Shown here piece by piece: positions 26,589-42,554 of a DNA stretch of 64,000 nucleotides. The stretch comes from Paraspadella gotoi (Eukaryota; Animalia; Chaetognatha), in assembly GCA_051294375.1 (NCBI GenBank), contig CM119267.1, positions 15,058,722 through 15,122,721 of the forward strand, given 5' to 3'. Both the position numbers and the translations under genes were made by a program. Numbering within the stretch: the first letter of the stretch is position 1; each line of letters begins with the position of its first letter. Below the pieces are notes generated by a model. That model was given only the letters and a program-made list of their open reading frames with translations, did no database searches and was not told the DNA's origin.

Positions 26589-27344
26589 ATTACTACATTA
26601 CTACATTACTTCACTTTGTTGCCCAGCGTTTGTGGCTTCATCCCTCTCCTTATAATTATATAATGAAAACAAAATGATTTATAACATTTTTTAGCTTGAT
26701 TGTTAAGTGTCATCTCATGTCATCTCTCTGGCCTTGAATAATGAACCAGCTAAATGGTTTGAATGCATGGTCTAAATAAAATTAGCACTGTTTCCCAAAT
26801 CGATGTTTTTCTACATTTTTTAGCTTCTAATTTTACATCTTTCATTTCAATTCACTTCATTACACTTTATTTACTACGTATATATTATTTTCTTTCTTTA
26901 TGTACGTAGTACTATTTACATAATATACTTCTAGTTAAATTGATTGCAAGGGGAAATACATTGCTGACCGGAAGTGGACGATATTGGTAAGTGCCGGCCC
27001 GAGCGAAGAAGCTATGAAAGTTATTGACAGACAATTTACGATTAAATTTTGCCATAAAAATAATAAAACAAATTTCTTCAGCTAAAACGGTCGAAAATTT
27101 ATTTATAAAACATTACAACTCAAATGAGGCATTAAAAGAAAATCCCAAATTCCGCTCTAATAAAAGTAGTAGCTAAACGAACACCCAAGATGAAAGAATA
27201 ACTGCTGTAAATTAGTAATTTTATAATAATCTAATGCAAGTGATAATTATTAAAAGTTTAAAACCCCAACCAGAAAATTCAAATAATAATAATAATAAAA
27301 GAGACAATTCCACAAAAATGTTGTACCGTTCTCCAGCCTCGACT

Positions 27345-28745
27345 TCACTTTGCTTTTACGATGATTTGATAAGGTTCCGGCAACCTTATCAGCAACTTTC
27401 TTCCATTCATTGCTGGCATTTCCGTCCCTTCTGCAAGCGCAAAGTCTGCCTTCAACAGGAATCTCGCGACAAAGACCTGCAAGATCATGCGAGCTTGACG
27501 CTCGCCCATACAGCGTCTCAGTCCGACACCAAAGCCCAACATGTTCTCGTTCCTCTTGTATTTTCCATCGGAATCTAGAAATCGTTCCGGCGAAAATTCC
27601 ATGGGGTTGTCCCATAATTTTGGATCGTGATTGCACGCCCACAAGTTGATAATCACGAACTTGTCATCCGTGATGGTGAAGCCACCCAAACTAGCGCTTT
27701 GTTTCAGCACTCCATGCGGAACGGAAAAATCAGCGGCCGAAGATCTCCGAAGCACCTCCTCGACAAACGCTTGGAGGTAGTCGACGTTGTTCAAGCTTTC
27801 GGGCGAAGGCGAAACGTCGTTACCGACGACACGTTGGATTTCAGAGAGAACCTTCTTCCCAACATCCGGGTAGTGCAGCAGCCAGGCGACGGTCCAAGAG
27901 AGAGTCGCTGATAAGGTATCCCCCGAGAAAAGGAAATCAAGGACGGCGTGTTGGATGTTTTTCTCGGAGAGGAAGGGGGCGTCCGGACGTTTTCGACGCT
28001 CGATGACGACCGCGTCGATCAAGCATTCGGCTTCTTCGGTTTCCTTCAGCTTTTTTTCTCGTTGTTTTAAATTCGTTTCGATGAAATCGACGATGAAATC
28101 GTAAGACCCGATCGCTTTTTTCACCAAGGCCGTCTCGTAATAATGAATCAAAGATGGAAAGAAGGCGTAGAGAGGCGTTATGCTGATTTGGAAGATATCT
28201 CTGGGCAGACTGATCACGTGATCGCGAAATGGAGATTTTTCGCGCACGTCGCTCGTCTCGCCGAACACCATCCTCGCGATGCTGTTGACGACGGCCTGCT
28301 CGAAGAGATGCTGGGGATCGAAGGCGCCGCCAGTTTCGGTCATGGCTTCGACCACGGCGTCCATCTCAGCGACGACGGCGCTCTCCAGTCGGCGCTGGTC
28401 GAAGTAGGCCGTAGAGAGGAAGCGATGAAATTCCATCCACTCGTCGGACCGTTGGGGCCAGATGATTCCCTGGCCCAGGGGGTACTTGATGAGTCCGAAG
28501 GGGCTGACAACGTTTCCTCGGCCGGCAAAGTCCTCGCGGTTCATCAATTCTTTGGCCAGGCCCGGGTGGTTGACCACGATGAAGAGGCCCATTTTGGGCG
28601 GCAAGAGGCAGAACTCGAAAACAGGGCCGAATTCGTGGCCCCAACGGGCGAAAGTTTTGGAAAAGTCGTCTCGGGAGAGACGAAGGTTGCCAAGGAGCCA
28701 GTGATCCTTCGGCGAGGGAGGAACCGTGCATCGCGGATTTGACAT
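27345..28745 (-). CDS. Cytochrome P450 paralog, single exon, 466 aa, no N-terminal anchor (P450-B)
   Basis: PPSPKDHWLLG hinge, WMEFHR, I-helix FSGDT, EVLR, PERF, and heme loop FGVGLRRCMG; colinear with P450-A, both ending in VKAK. Confidence 0.95.
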   Translation of the reverse strand: MSNPRCTVPPSPKDHWLLGNLRLSRDDFSKTFARWGHEFGPVFEFCLLPPKMGLFIVVNHPGLAKELMNREDFAGRGNVVSPFGLIKYPLGQGIIWPQRSDEWMEFHRFLSTAYFDQRRLESAVVAEMDAVVEAMTETGGAFDPQHLFEQAVVNSIARMVFGETSDVREKSPFRDHVISLPRDIFQISITPLYAFFPSLIHYYETALVKKAIGSYDFIVDFIETNLKQREKKLKETEEAECLIDAVVIERRKRPDAPFLSEKNIQHAVLDFLFSGDTLSATLSWTVAWLLHYPDVGKKVLSEIQRVVGNDVSPSPESLNNVDYLQAFVEEVLRRSSAADFSVPHGVLKQSASLGGFTITDDKFVIINLWACNHDPKLWDNPMEFSPERFLDSDGKYKRNENMLGFGVGLRRCMGERQARMILQVFVARFLLKADFALAEGTEMPAMNGRKLLIRLPEPYQIIVKAK

Positions 28746-28911
28746 TTTTTTTTTTAATTTGTGTTTTGTTTTATAAAAAAATAAGTAATAAAGACGTTTT
28801 TCTGATCGCTTATTTCGCTATAGAATTTTTTCTGAAAAAAGTAAAATCATTGAAGAGCGAGGAGAACGAGTTCTCGAAAGAAAAAAAAACCTTTCCTGGC
28901 CGGGCAAGGAA

Positions 28912-28962
<51 letters not shown>

Positions 28963-30475
28963 CCTTCTCAAACAAATTTAATACCTAAAACAACCGGTTT
29001 TGCGAAGGAATTCGTAAATCAAAGTATCAAATTGTAGATTAAAACGTATTGCTTTTGTATGTATAATTATATTAATATTTCATTCGTATCGTCGTCAGAA
29101 TACAGCAAGGAAAATTACAAAATAGAATATAAAGAAAGGTTGAATATGCGGGTCTCGTCCTAATTTACGAAAATTAAATCTTGATCCAGGATTTCCGAGA
29201 CATTACTACGTAGAAAGATTCTTCACACGAGTAAAAATGAGTTCGGTAGGGGAAAAAAAATTTATTTTTCGAATGACCACAACAATCTAAGGTTCCCTTT
29301 TGAGTTTTGACCCTACCATGATCACTGACCAGACTATCTTTCCCTTATCTATAGTTTTTACCATTGTTTTTATTTTGTGCTCGATTTGTATCGCGTTACA
29401 CATTACAAGTATCATAACAGGGTCTCCTTTACGGAAAATACCTATTGGAGTTTTTCTTAAAATAACGTAGAATTGAATTGAATTGAATTGAACACGATCA
29501 TGTCCCCAGCTTTTAAAAAAGCTAAATGGATTAGAAGAGTCTCCTCGCATAAGCCGAGTAGTGAGTACTGAGGAGTCCCGGCTTCCCGGCTTCAAGATAA
29601 CATAATAATCCGATCGCCATGGATTAGTCACGGAAGTAGTTCGGAAAAAGGGGGAACAATGGCCTCATATTAACCAGACCAAGTTATCGTAAAATTGTTG
29701 TGTACAAAAAACTTTAACGTTTGACTCCCGAAAAGTTTGACTTTGAGACCGCAATTTATAAAGGGAATGGTGAATATTTTTTAAAAATATGGTCACGAAA
29801 ACAACTATACAAAGAAGAGAAAAGTAAAAACAATGCGGGCAAACGTGTAATTCTGTTTCTAGCTTGTCCGTAAATGAGATAAGGAAAAACTTTTCTCAAG
29901 ACGAACATAAAAACAGAAAAAAAAGGCTTGTTTCCTACGCCATCTCGTGACAAAAACTGATTAATTGATGATCACTTATCATCGCGCCTTTTCTCCTTCG
30001 CTACGGCTCGGTTGGCGGCCGAAGTGAGACCGCGTTCACAAACCTCTTTTATTAAAACCGATCACGCGACCAGAATGAAATAGCGAGGCGTCATCGTCCG
30101 CGGAGGCAAAAAAAAAAAATCAGACCTGAAATTGAAAAATGAAAAAAATGAAGAGTGAAAAAAAAAGTGGGAAAATTGAAAAAAAAAATTGAAACTCTCA
30201 GTTTCGTCGGGTTCAGGTTTTCTTCTCGTAGGCAATAAAAAAAAAATTTATAGACAGAAAGAAAACTAGGGCAAAATAATAAATTTGATTATAATCTATA
30301 AAAGTTAAAATTGATCGATTAACAATCAACCGACGAACTGTAGCATTAAACAATAAATCGTAATCATTATTGCAATTTTTTTCCCGACCTTCACCGCTCT
30401 TTCTTCTCCCCTTTTACCATCCCTCACCCAGGCAGGGAACCATTCTCCTCTATCTACTCAGCCCCTGCTCTCCCG

Positions 30476-33288
<2,813 letters not shown>

Positions 33289-33384
33289 GACGAAGATTCG
33301 AAGAGAGAAAAAAGGGAAGAGAGATTCTTAACTCTTTCATCTAATTTTAACGGAGATTCCTTTGAAAGAGATTTTTACGTTATC

Positions 33385-33409
33385 NNNNNNNNNNNNNNNN
33401 NNNNNNNNN
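33385..33409. other. Assembly gap (25 N); other gaps at 13862-13871, 35411-35435, 58809-58908 and 59888-60089
   Basis: N runs seen directly. Confidence 1.
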
Positions 33410-35410
33410 CATCTCGTGACAAAAACTGATTAATTGATGATCACTTATCATCGCGCCTTTTCTCCTTCGCTACGGCTCGGTTGGCGGCCGAAGTGAGACC
33501 GCGTTCACAAACCTCTTTTATTAAAACCGATCACGCGACCAGAATGAAATAGCGAGGCGTCATCGTCCGCGGAGGCAAAAAAAAAAAATCAAGACCCTGC
33601 AAATTGGAAAAATTGAAAAAAATGAAGAGTGAAAAAAAAAAGTGGGAAAATTGAAAAAAAAAAAAAATTGAAACTCTCAGTTTCGTCGGGTTCAGGTTTT
33701 CTTCTCCGTAGGCAATGAAAAAAAAAAATTTATAGACAGAAAGAAAACTAGGGCAAAATAATAAATTTGATTATAATCTATAAAAGTTAAAATTGATCGA
33801 TTAACAATCAACCGACGAACTGTAGCATTAAACAATAAATCGTAATCATTATTGCAATTTTTTTTCCCGACCTTCACCGCTCTTTCTTCTCCCCTTTTAC
33901 CATCCCTCACCCAGGCAGGGAACCATTCTCCTCTATCTACTCAGCCCCTGCTCTCCCGCTACGCCCCTCCGAAGAGCACGGGCAAGGGATGCGCCTCCGT
34001 GTTGAAGACCCACTCCTCGAGAGGCACGTTGTCGTCGTCGAAGATGAGGAAGAGATACTTGAGCGTCTCGGCGAGAAAGTAAGAGGGTTGATGGTCCAAC
34101 CAGTTTTGGTCGCCGCGGGATCGATACACGCTTACGACGCTCGAGAATCCGTCTTCGGTTCGACAGTGGCGTCGCAACGCCGCCGCAAAGTCCCTCGCCC
34201 ACATCCGGTACTTGACGTCGCCCGTGAGGCGCCAGAGGTAGAACCAAGTCTCCACGGCTTCAGGACGAAGAAAGCTGGAGTAATGTTCCTTCTCCGTCGC
34301 CGTCGCGGATTCGCCGAAACGTTCGGGGCCGATACCGAGAGGAGAACGCTCGTAGGAGGCGTGGCAGGTGGCGGCGAGTTCTTTGGCGACGTTGAGCCAA
34401 CAGGGGTCGCTGGAGGCGCCTTCGGTTTGGGAGTAGGGGAGAGAGAAAGAGAGGGTTATCGATGGATAGATAGGCTTAGTTATATAAACGAAGATGAAAA
34501 AAGGGCAGAGAGAGAGAAGAGAGAGAGAAGAGAGAGAGAGAGAAGAGACATACCTACAGACAGACAGACGGACGACCCACAGACAGAGAGAGACACTGAA
34601 AAGAACGAAAGACAGATAGCGATCAGTTATTTTGTCGCATTAATACCAACGACTTACAAATAATCTAAATGGCTATAATCCAGCTGCCTTTATCCTTCAC
34701 TGGGCTCTCTCTCACCCAAAGCTATGGTGCCTCCCAAGAAGCAAGCGAGATGATGCATGGTGATATTGTTGACGAACTCGTTCCGCTCCGCGACGAACAA
34801 AAGCCCGGATGATTGACTCCGCTCCAGCAGCTTCTCCCCCAGGCCCCCCAGCGCTTCGTCGAACATCCTCCGCGCTCGGGCGTCCGTGCGGTTCGACTGC
34901 AGCCACGACTTGAGGAGATATTCGATGAAGGAGTCGCCTTGCGGACCTACGGTCGCCTCATTGCGGGCCCAGTCGCCCGAGAAACGCGCGATAAACTGAG
35001 GAGAGTGAAGGGAAATTGAAGAAAAAAAATTTATACACGATTTAAACTCTTCAAGGCAAAAACGCGACTACTTCCTTTCGCAGTATACATATGTTTTTGG
35101 TCTCCCAGCTCAGTGTTTCGCGAATAAGAATTTCCTCATTTTCATTTTCTATTTTCTAATTTAAATCTCCCACGTATTCAAGGGCAGGTTTAAACTTTAA
35201 AGTCAACCTCCTTCGCTCCGACCTTGGGAAACAAGCCCTTCTCCATCTTAGGACCGGAGTCGATGAGTCGACGGATGCTTTGGACTTTGTCGCGGAAGAC
35301 GGGGTTTCCGGTCACGTGACTCAAGTAGACGAACTCGAGGTGCAACGTGCCGACGGAGGCGATTGAAGCCGGGACCCAAAATTCGACCCACCAGTCGACC
35401 TCGCCTGAGC
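33410..35410 (-). other. Redundant 2-kb copy of 29941-31942 (3' half of the mannosidase), bounded by 25-N gaps
   Basis: Starts CATCTCGTGAC as at 29941 and ends TCGCCTGAGC as at 31942. This copy has the in-frame C-terminus EAHPLPVLFGGA* (33959). Confidence 0.9.
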
Positions 35411-35523
35411 NNNNNNNNNNNNNNNNNNNNNNNNNATGAGTATGCCAAATGCCAACTAGTTTTAAAAAATAATTCCATTTGAATTAGTACAAGCCCCGAA
35501 TTCTCTCTTTTTAAAAATATTCT

Positions 35524-36945
35524 TTACTTCGCCTTGACCGTGATCTGAAAAAGGCTCCGGATACCAGAACAGCAGCACCTTCCTTCCCTTCAACGACGAC
35601 ACTTTCGATCCTTCCGCCAACGCAACTCGTCTTCAGGCAACAACTTGGCCACGAAGAGTTGGAGGGTCATTCTCGCTTCCAATTCGCCGGAAGCATCGCC
35701 TTCGTCCCGACTCCTAGACGATCAGATTCTCGTTCCTCTTGTACTTTCCGTTGTCGTCGAGGAAACGCTCCGGGCGGAAAACCTCGTGGCTCTTCCCACA
35801 ATCGAGGATCCTCGTGACACGCCCTCAAATTGGCGAGGATGATCTTGTCGTCGGGGATATCGACATCCCGCAAAGTTGACGACGGGTTCCATGGCCGAAT
35901 GCGGCAGAGTAAACCGGCCGCCGACGTGTTTTCCTCAACACTTCGTCAATGAAGGCGTGGAGATAATCCACGTCTTCAAGGAATCGATGGAGAGCTTCGC
36001 GCCTCCATCCATGACACGTCCTATATCTTCCGCCAGCCTGGAAGCGACGTCTGGTCGACGTAGGAGCCAGGTGAATTGTCCAGCCGAGAGTGGCCGCCAT
36101 GGTGTCCGTCCCAGCGAAAAAGTGATCCATGACGCCGTGATGGAGTTAAGCGCCGAGAGATGTTCGGCGTCAGGATTTCGTCGTCGCTCAATCCGACGGC
36201 GTCGAGGAGGCATCCGGGTTCGTCGTCGTCCTTCAGCGTCTCCTCGCGTCGTTGAAGCGCCTCGTCGATGTAGTTGACGACCACGTCGTAGGAAGCCAGC
36301 GCCTTCTGCACCAGCGCCGTCTTGTAGAATCGAATCGCGGACGGGAACAGCAAGTAGATTGGCTCGAAGCCGCTGGCCAAGGTGTCGCGAAACAGGCTGA
36401 ATAGGCCATCGTGAATGGGAGAGGCCTCTCCCAATTCTCTCCTGACACCGAAAACGACTCTGGAGGTGATGTTGGCGAAGGCGTCGCGGAGGAGAGTCTC
36501 TGGATCAAAGGCGGCGTCCTTCTTCGTCATCACCTCGATCAGATCGTCCATCTCCGCGACCACGGCGGCCTCCAACCTCCTCGGCTCGAACGACGGTCGT
36601 CGCCGCCAATCGATGAAGATCCTTCCACTCCTCCGACCAACGCTGGAACACGATGCCCTTTTCTCGAGGGTAGGTGATTGTCCCAAGGGCGTTGAGCGAG
36701 CCTCCGCGCGCGGCCAGATCTCGCCGGGTCATCAACTCCTTCGCCAACTCGTCTCGTTGACGACGATGTACGGACTCAGAAAACGGGAGCAACCGAAACT
36801 CGAAGATGGGCCCGACGTCGCGGCTCCAACGGGCGAAGGTCGGAGCGTAATTCCTCTCGGGGTAAACGGCTGTGGCCTAGTAACCAGTGGCCTCGAGGCC
36901 CTTGCGGCACGGGCGTTGCGAGGATCGCAGAGAGAAGGACGACAT
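35524..36945 (-). pseudogene. Frameshifted duplicate of P450-A (probably error-laden redundant assembly rather than a true pseudogene)
   Basis: Same sequence as 24047-25465 with many single-base indels, densest near the gap at 35411-35435. Confidence 0.7.
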
Positions 36946-37235
36946 TTTATATTATGTTTGTGTTTGTTTTACTTTTTTGAAACAGTCACTGTCTTTTCAT
37001 TTTAAGATACTTTCAAAAAATTAGTTAAGCTGTCGTTAGTTTGTCAAAATATTTCATCACTTTTTCATATTATAATTATTATATTTAAATCAGCGCGACG
37101 ATGACTTCACTGTGATCGTTAAAAAAAAAAAGCGCTCGTTTTGTTTTAAACCGACCGAAGCGTTCGTCTTCCGGGCCGCTGCTGCCGATTTGAAAAAATG
37201 ATATAATTAGTTTATTAGATAATTGGACGCGAACC

Positions 37236-37299
<64 letters not shown>

Positions 37300-38830
37300 T
37301 CGTTTTATCTCGAGTCTCGAGTCTAGGCTCCGTAACTCTTCGGTTTTAAATTGGTCCAACCTAATTAGCCCTAAAATTAGATCATCTTCATCATCTTTTT
37401 TTTCGCGATTGACGAACAGAGAAGGGAGGGGAACGAGGGTTTTTGTTGAAAGAGGGGGCACGAGGTAATGCCCCCCCCCCCCAAAAAAAAAAGGAACCAG
37501 AAGTTGTCGCAGAAGTTATGTTGTTATTTTTCTTTGCTCTCTCCATTTCCGTTTATAGGCGTAAACAAGCTCATGACTCGGTCGCGCCATTCATCACGGG
37601 TCGTCATGGCAACCGTGGAAGAGGCGCGGAGGCCGAGGAAAAAAAAATATTGTCAAGATGGCGTCGGTCAGAATCGTTTGTTGTGACGACGCCACCTGCG
37701 AGAGGAAAAGAAAAGGTAAGAAAAGGTAATGAAGTAAAAAAAACAGAATGGAGAAAACGTATTTGATTCTTCTCCTGTGGTTTGACACAGCAAAGTACGT
37801 TACGTCCAGTTTTTTAAATTCAAGACTGGCTCACCTTATTTTTATATTTCGTATTTATTCGCTTTGAACTATCTTTTCTTTTTACTGTACTCAGGCATTG
37901 CCTAAGTTCACCCCACCTATAAGCATTGCACCTTCGGTCGTAACCCGGTGGCTCATTGAGTAAAGCCATCAGCTTGGTACCGATATTAATCCAACACGGT
38001 ACCGACCCTGCGGGAAGCGTGAGGACGGCCGTAAACCGCCTGGTTCTCAAACCCAGGACAGTTCCTTGGCTGCTAGACTACATACTACATTACTACATTA
38101 CTTCACTTTGTTGCCCAGCGTTTGTGCTTCATCCCTCTCCTTATAATTATATAATGAAAACAAAATGATTTATAACATTTTTTAGCTTGATTGTTAAGTG
38201 TCATCTCATGTCATCTCTCTGGCTTTGAATAATGAACCAGCTAAATGGTTTGAATGCATGGTCTAAATAAAATTAGCACTGTTTCCCAAATCGATGTTTT
38301 TCTACATTTTTTAGCTTCTAATTTACATCTTTCATTTCAATTCACTTCATTACACTTTATTACTACGTATATATATTTTCTTTCTTTATGTACGTAGTAC
38401 TATTACATAATATACTTCTAGTTAAATTGATTGCAAGGGGAAATACATTGTGACCGGAAGTGGACGATATTGGTAAGTGCCGGCCCGAGCGAAGAAGCTA
38501 TGAAAAGTTATTGACAGACAATTTACGATTAAATTTTGCCATAAAAATAATAAAACAAATTTCTTCAGCTAAAACGGTCGAAAATTATTTATAAAACATT
38601 ACAACTCAAATGAGGCATTAAAAGAAAATCCCAAATTCCGCTCTAATAAAAGTAGTAGCTAAACGAAAACCCAAGATGAAAGAATAACTGCTGTAAATTA
38701 GTAATTTTATAATAATCTAATGCAAGTGATAATTATTAAAAGTTTAAAACCCCAACCAGAAAATTCAAATAATAATAATAATAAAAGAGACAATTCCACA
38801 AAAATGTTGTACCGTTCTCCAGCCTCGACT

Positions 38831-40227
38831 TCACTTTGCTTTTACGATGATTTGATAAGGTTCCGGCAACCTTATCAGCAACTTTCTTCCATTCATTGCT
38901 GGCATTTCCGTCCCTTCTGCAAGCGCAAAGTCTGCCTTCAACAGGAATCTCGCGACAAAGACCTGCAAGATCATGCGAGCTTGACGCTCGCCCATACAGC
39001 GTCTCAGTCCGACACCAAAGCCCAACATGTTCTCGTCCTCTTGTATTTTCCATCGGAATCTAGAAATCGTTCCGGCGAAAATTCCATGGGGTTGTCCCAT
39101 AATTTTGGATCGTGATTGCACGCCCACAAGTTGATAATCACGAACTTGTCATCCGTGATGGTGAAGCCACCCCAAACTAGCGCTTTGTTTCAGCACTCCA
39201 TGCGGAACGGAAAAATCAGCGGCCGAAGATCTCCGAAGCACCTCCTCGACAAACGCTTGGAGGTAGTCGACGTTGTTCAAGCTTCGGGCGAAGGCGAAAC
39301 GTCGTTACCGACGACACGTTGGATTTCAGAGAGAACCTTCTTCCCAACATCCGGGTAGTGCAGCAGCCAGGCGACGGTCCAAGAGAGAGTCGCTGATAAG
39401 GTATCCCCGAGAAAAGGAAATCAAGGACGGCGTGTTGGATGTTTTTCTCGGAGAGGAAGGGGGCGTCCGGACGTTTTCGACGCTCGATGACGACCGCGTC
39501 GATCAAGCATTCGGCTTCTTCGTTTCCTTCAGCTTTTTTTCTCGTTGTTTTAAATTCGTTTCGATGAAATCGACGATGAAATCGTAAGACCCGATCGCTT
39601 TTTTCACCAAGGCCGTCTCGTAATAATGAATCAAAGATGGAAAGAAGGCGTAGAGAGGCGTTATGCTGATTTGGAAGATATCTCTGGGCAGACTGATCAC
39701 GTGATCGCGAAATGGAGATTTTTCGCGCACGTCGCTCGTCTCGCCGAACACCATCCTCGCGATGCTGTTGACGACGGCCTGCTCGAAGAGATGCTGGGGA
39801 TCGAAGGCGCCGCCAGTTTCGGTCATGGCTTCGACCACGGCGTCCATCTCAGCGACGACGGCGCTCTCCAGTCGGCGCTGGTCGAAGTAGGCCGTAGAGA
39901 GGAAGCGATGAAATTCCATCCACTCGTCGGACCGTTGGGGCCAGATGATTCCTGGCCCAGGGGGTACTTGATGAGTCCGAAGGGGCTGACAACGTTTCCT
40001 CGGCCGGCAAAGTCCTCGCGGTTCATCAATTCTTTGGCCAGGCCCGGGTGGTTGACCACGATGAAGAGGCCCATTTTGGGCGGCAAGAGGCAGAACTCGA
40101 AAACAGGGCCGAATTCGTGGCCCCAACGGGCGAAAGTTTTGGAAAAAGTCGTCTCGGGAGAGACGAAGGTTGCCAAGGAGCCAGTGATCCTTCGGCGAGG
40201 GAGGAACCGTGCATCGCGGATTGACAT
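38831..40227 (-). pseudogene. Frameshifted duplicate of P450-B (probably error-laden redundant assembly)
   Basis: Same sequence as 27345-28745 with several 1-bp indels, mostly in homopolymers. Confidence 0.7.
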
Positions 40228-40416
40228 TTTTTTTTTTTAATTTGTGTTTTGTTTTATAAAAAAATAAGTAATAAAGACGTTTTTCTGATCGCTTATTTCG
40301 CTATAGAATTTTTTCTGAAAAAAGTAAAATCATTGAAGAGCGAGGAGAACGAGTTCTCGAAAGAAAAAAAACCTTTCCTGGCCGGGCAAGGAAGTTGTGT
40401 GTGAGAGAGAGAGAGA

Positions 40417-40480
<64 letters not shown>

Positions 40481-41969
40481 CCTTCTCAAACAAATTTAAT
40501 ACCTAAACAATTCGAAATTCGTAATCAAGTATCAAATTGTAGATTAAAACGTATTGCTTTTGTATGTATAATTATATTAATATTTCATTCGTATCGTCGT
40601 CAGAATACAGCAAGGAAAATTACAAAATAGAATATAAAGAAAGGTTGAATATGCGGGTCTCGTCTAATTTACGAAAATTAAATCTTGATCCAGGATTTCC
40701 GAGACATTACTACGTAGAAAGATTCTTCACACGAGTAAAAATGAGTTCGGTAGGGAGAAAAAAATTATTTTTCGAATGACCACAACAATCTAAGGTTCCC
40801 TTTTGAGTTTTGACCCTACCATGATCACTGACCAGACTATCTTTCCCTTATCTATAGTTTTTACCATTGTTTTTATTTTGTGCTCGATTTGTATGCGTTA
40901 CACATTACAAGTATCATAACAGGGTCTCCTTTACGGAAAATACCTATTGGAGTTTTTTCTTAAAATAACGTAGAATTGAATTGAATTGAATTGAACACGA
41001 TCATGTCCCCAGCTTTTAAAAAAGCTAATGGATTAGAAGAGTCTCCTCGCATAAGCCGAGTAGTGAGTACTGAGGAGTCCCGGCTTCCCGGCTTCAAGAT
41101 AACATAATAATCCGATCGCCATGGAAGTAGTTCGGAAAAAGGGGGAACAATGGCCTCATATTAACCAGACCAAGTTATCGTAAAATTGTTGTGGTACAAA
41201 AAACTTTAACGTTTGACTCCGAAAAAGTTTGACTTTGAGACCGCAATTTATAAAGGGAATGGTGAATATTTTTTAAAAATATGGTCACGAAAACAACTAT
41301 ACAAAGAAGAGAAAAGTAAAAACAATGCGGGCATAACGTGTATTCTGTTTCTAGCTTGTCCGTAAATGAGATAAGGAAAAACTTTTCTCAAGACGAACAT
41401 AAAAACAGAAAAAAAAGGCTTGTTTTCCTACGCCATCTCGTGACAAAAACTGATTAATTGATGATCACTTATCATCGCGCCTTTTCTCCTTCGCTACGGC
41501 TCGGTTGGCGGCCGAAGTGAGACCGCGTTCACAAACCTCTTTTATTAAAACCGATCACGCGACCAGAATGAAATAGCGAGGCGTCATCGTCCGCGGAGGC
41601 AAAAAAAAAAAATCAGACCTGAAATTGAAAAATGAAAAAAATGAAGAGTGAAAAAAAAAGTGGGAAAATTGAAAAAAAAAATTGAAACTCTCAGTTTCGT
41701 CGGGTTCAGGTTTTCTTCTCGTAGGCAATAAAAAAAAAAATTTATAGACAGAAAGAAAACTAGGGCAAAATAATAAATTTGATTATAATCTATAAAAGTT
41801 AAAATTGATCGATTAACAATCAACCGACGAACTGTAGCATTAAACAATAAATCGTAATCATTATTGCAATTTTTTTCCCGACCTTCACCGCTCTTTCTTC
41901 TCCCCTTTTACCATCCCTCACCCAGGCAGGGAACCATTCTCCTCTATCTACTCAGCCCCTGCTCTCCCG

Positions 41970-42522
41970 CTACGCCCCTCCGAAGAGCACGGGCAAGGAT
42001 GCGCCTCCGTGTTGAAGACCCACTCCTCGAGAGGCACGTTGTCGTCGTCGAAGATGAGGAAGAGATACTTGAGCGTCTCGGCGAGAAAGTAAGAGGGTTG
42101 ATGGTCCAACCAGTTTTGGTCGCCGCGGGATCGATACACGCTTACGACGCTCGAGAATCCGTCTTCGGTTCGACAGTGGCGTCGCAACGCCGCCGCAAAG
42201 TCCCTCGCCCACATCCGGTACTTGACGTCGCCCGTGAGGCGCCAGAGGTAGAACCAAGTCTCCACGGCTTCAGGACGAAGAAAGCTGGAGTAATGTTCCT
42301 TCTCCGTCGCCGTCGCGGATTCGCCGAAACGTTCGGGCCGATACCGAGAGGAGAACGCTCGTAGGAGGCGTGGCAGGTGGCGGCGAGTTCTTTGGCGACG
42401 TTGAGCCAACAGGGGTCGCTGGAGGCGCCTTCGGTTTGGGAGTAGGGGAGAGAGAAAGAGAGGAGTTATCGATGGATAGATAGGCTTAGTTATATAAACG
42501 AAGATGAAAAAAGGGCAGAGAG

Positions 42523-42554
<32 letters not shown>

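Noticed and set aside
24047-28745. Bacterial origin (horizontal transfer or contamination) for the anchorless, intronless P450s
   Set aside because: Length of about 470 aa, the proline hinge and the PERFLDxxGKYK meander look eukaryotic and microsomal-type, and the flanks carry host microsatellites. Only a phylogeny could formally exclude transfer.
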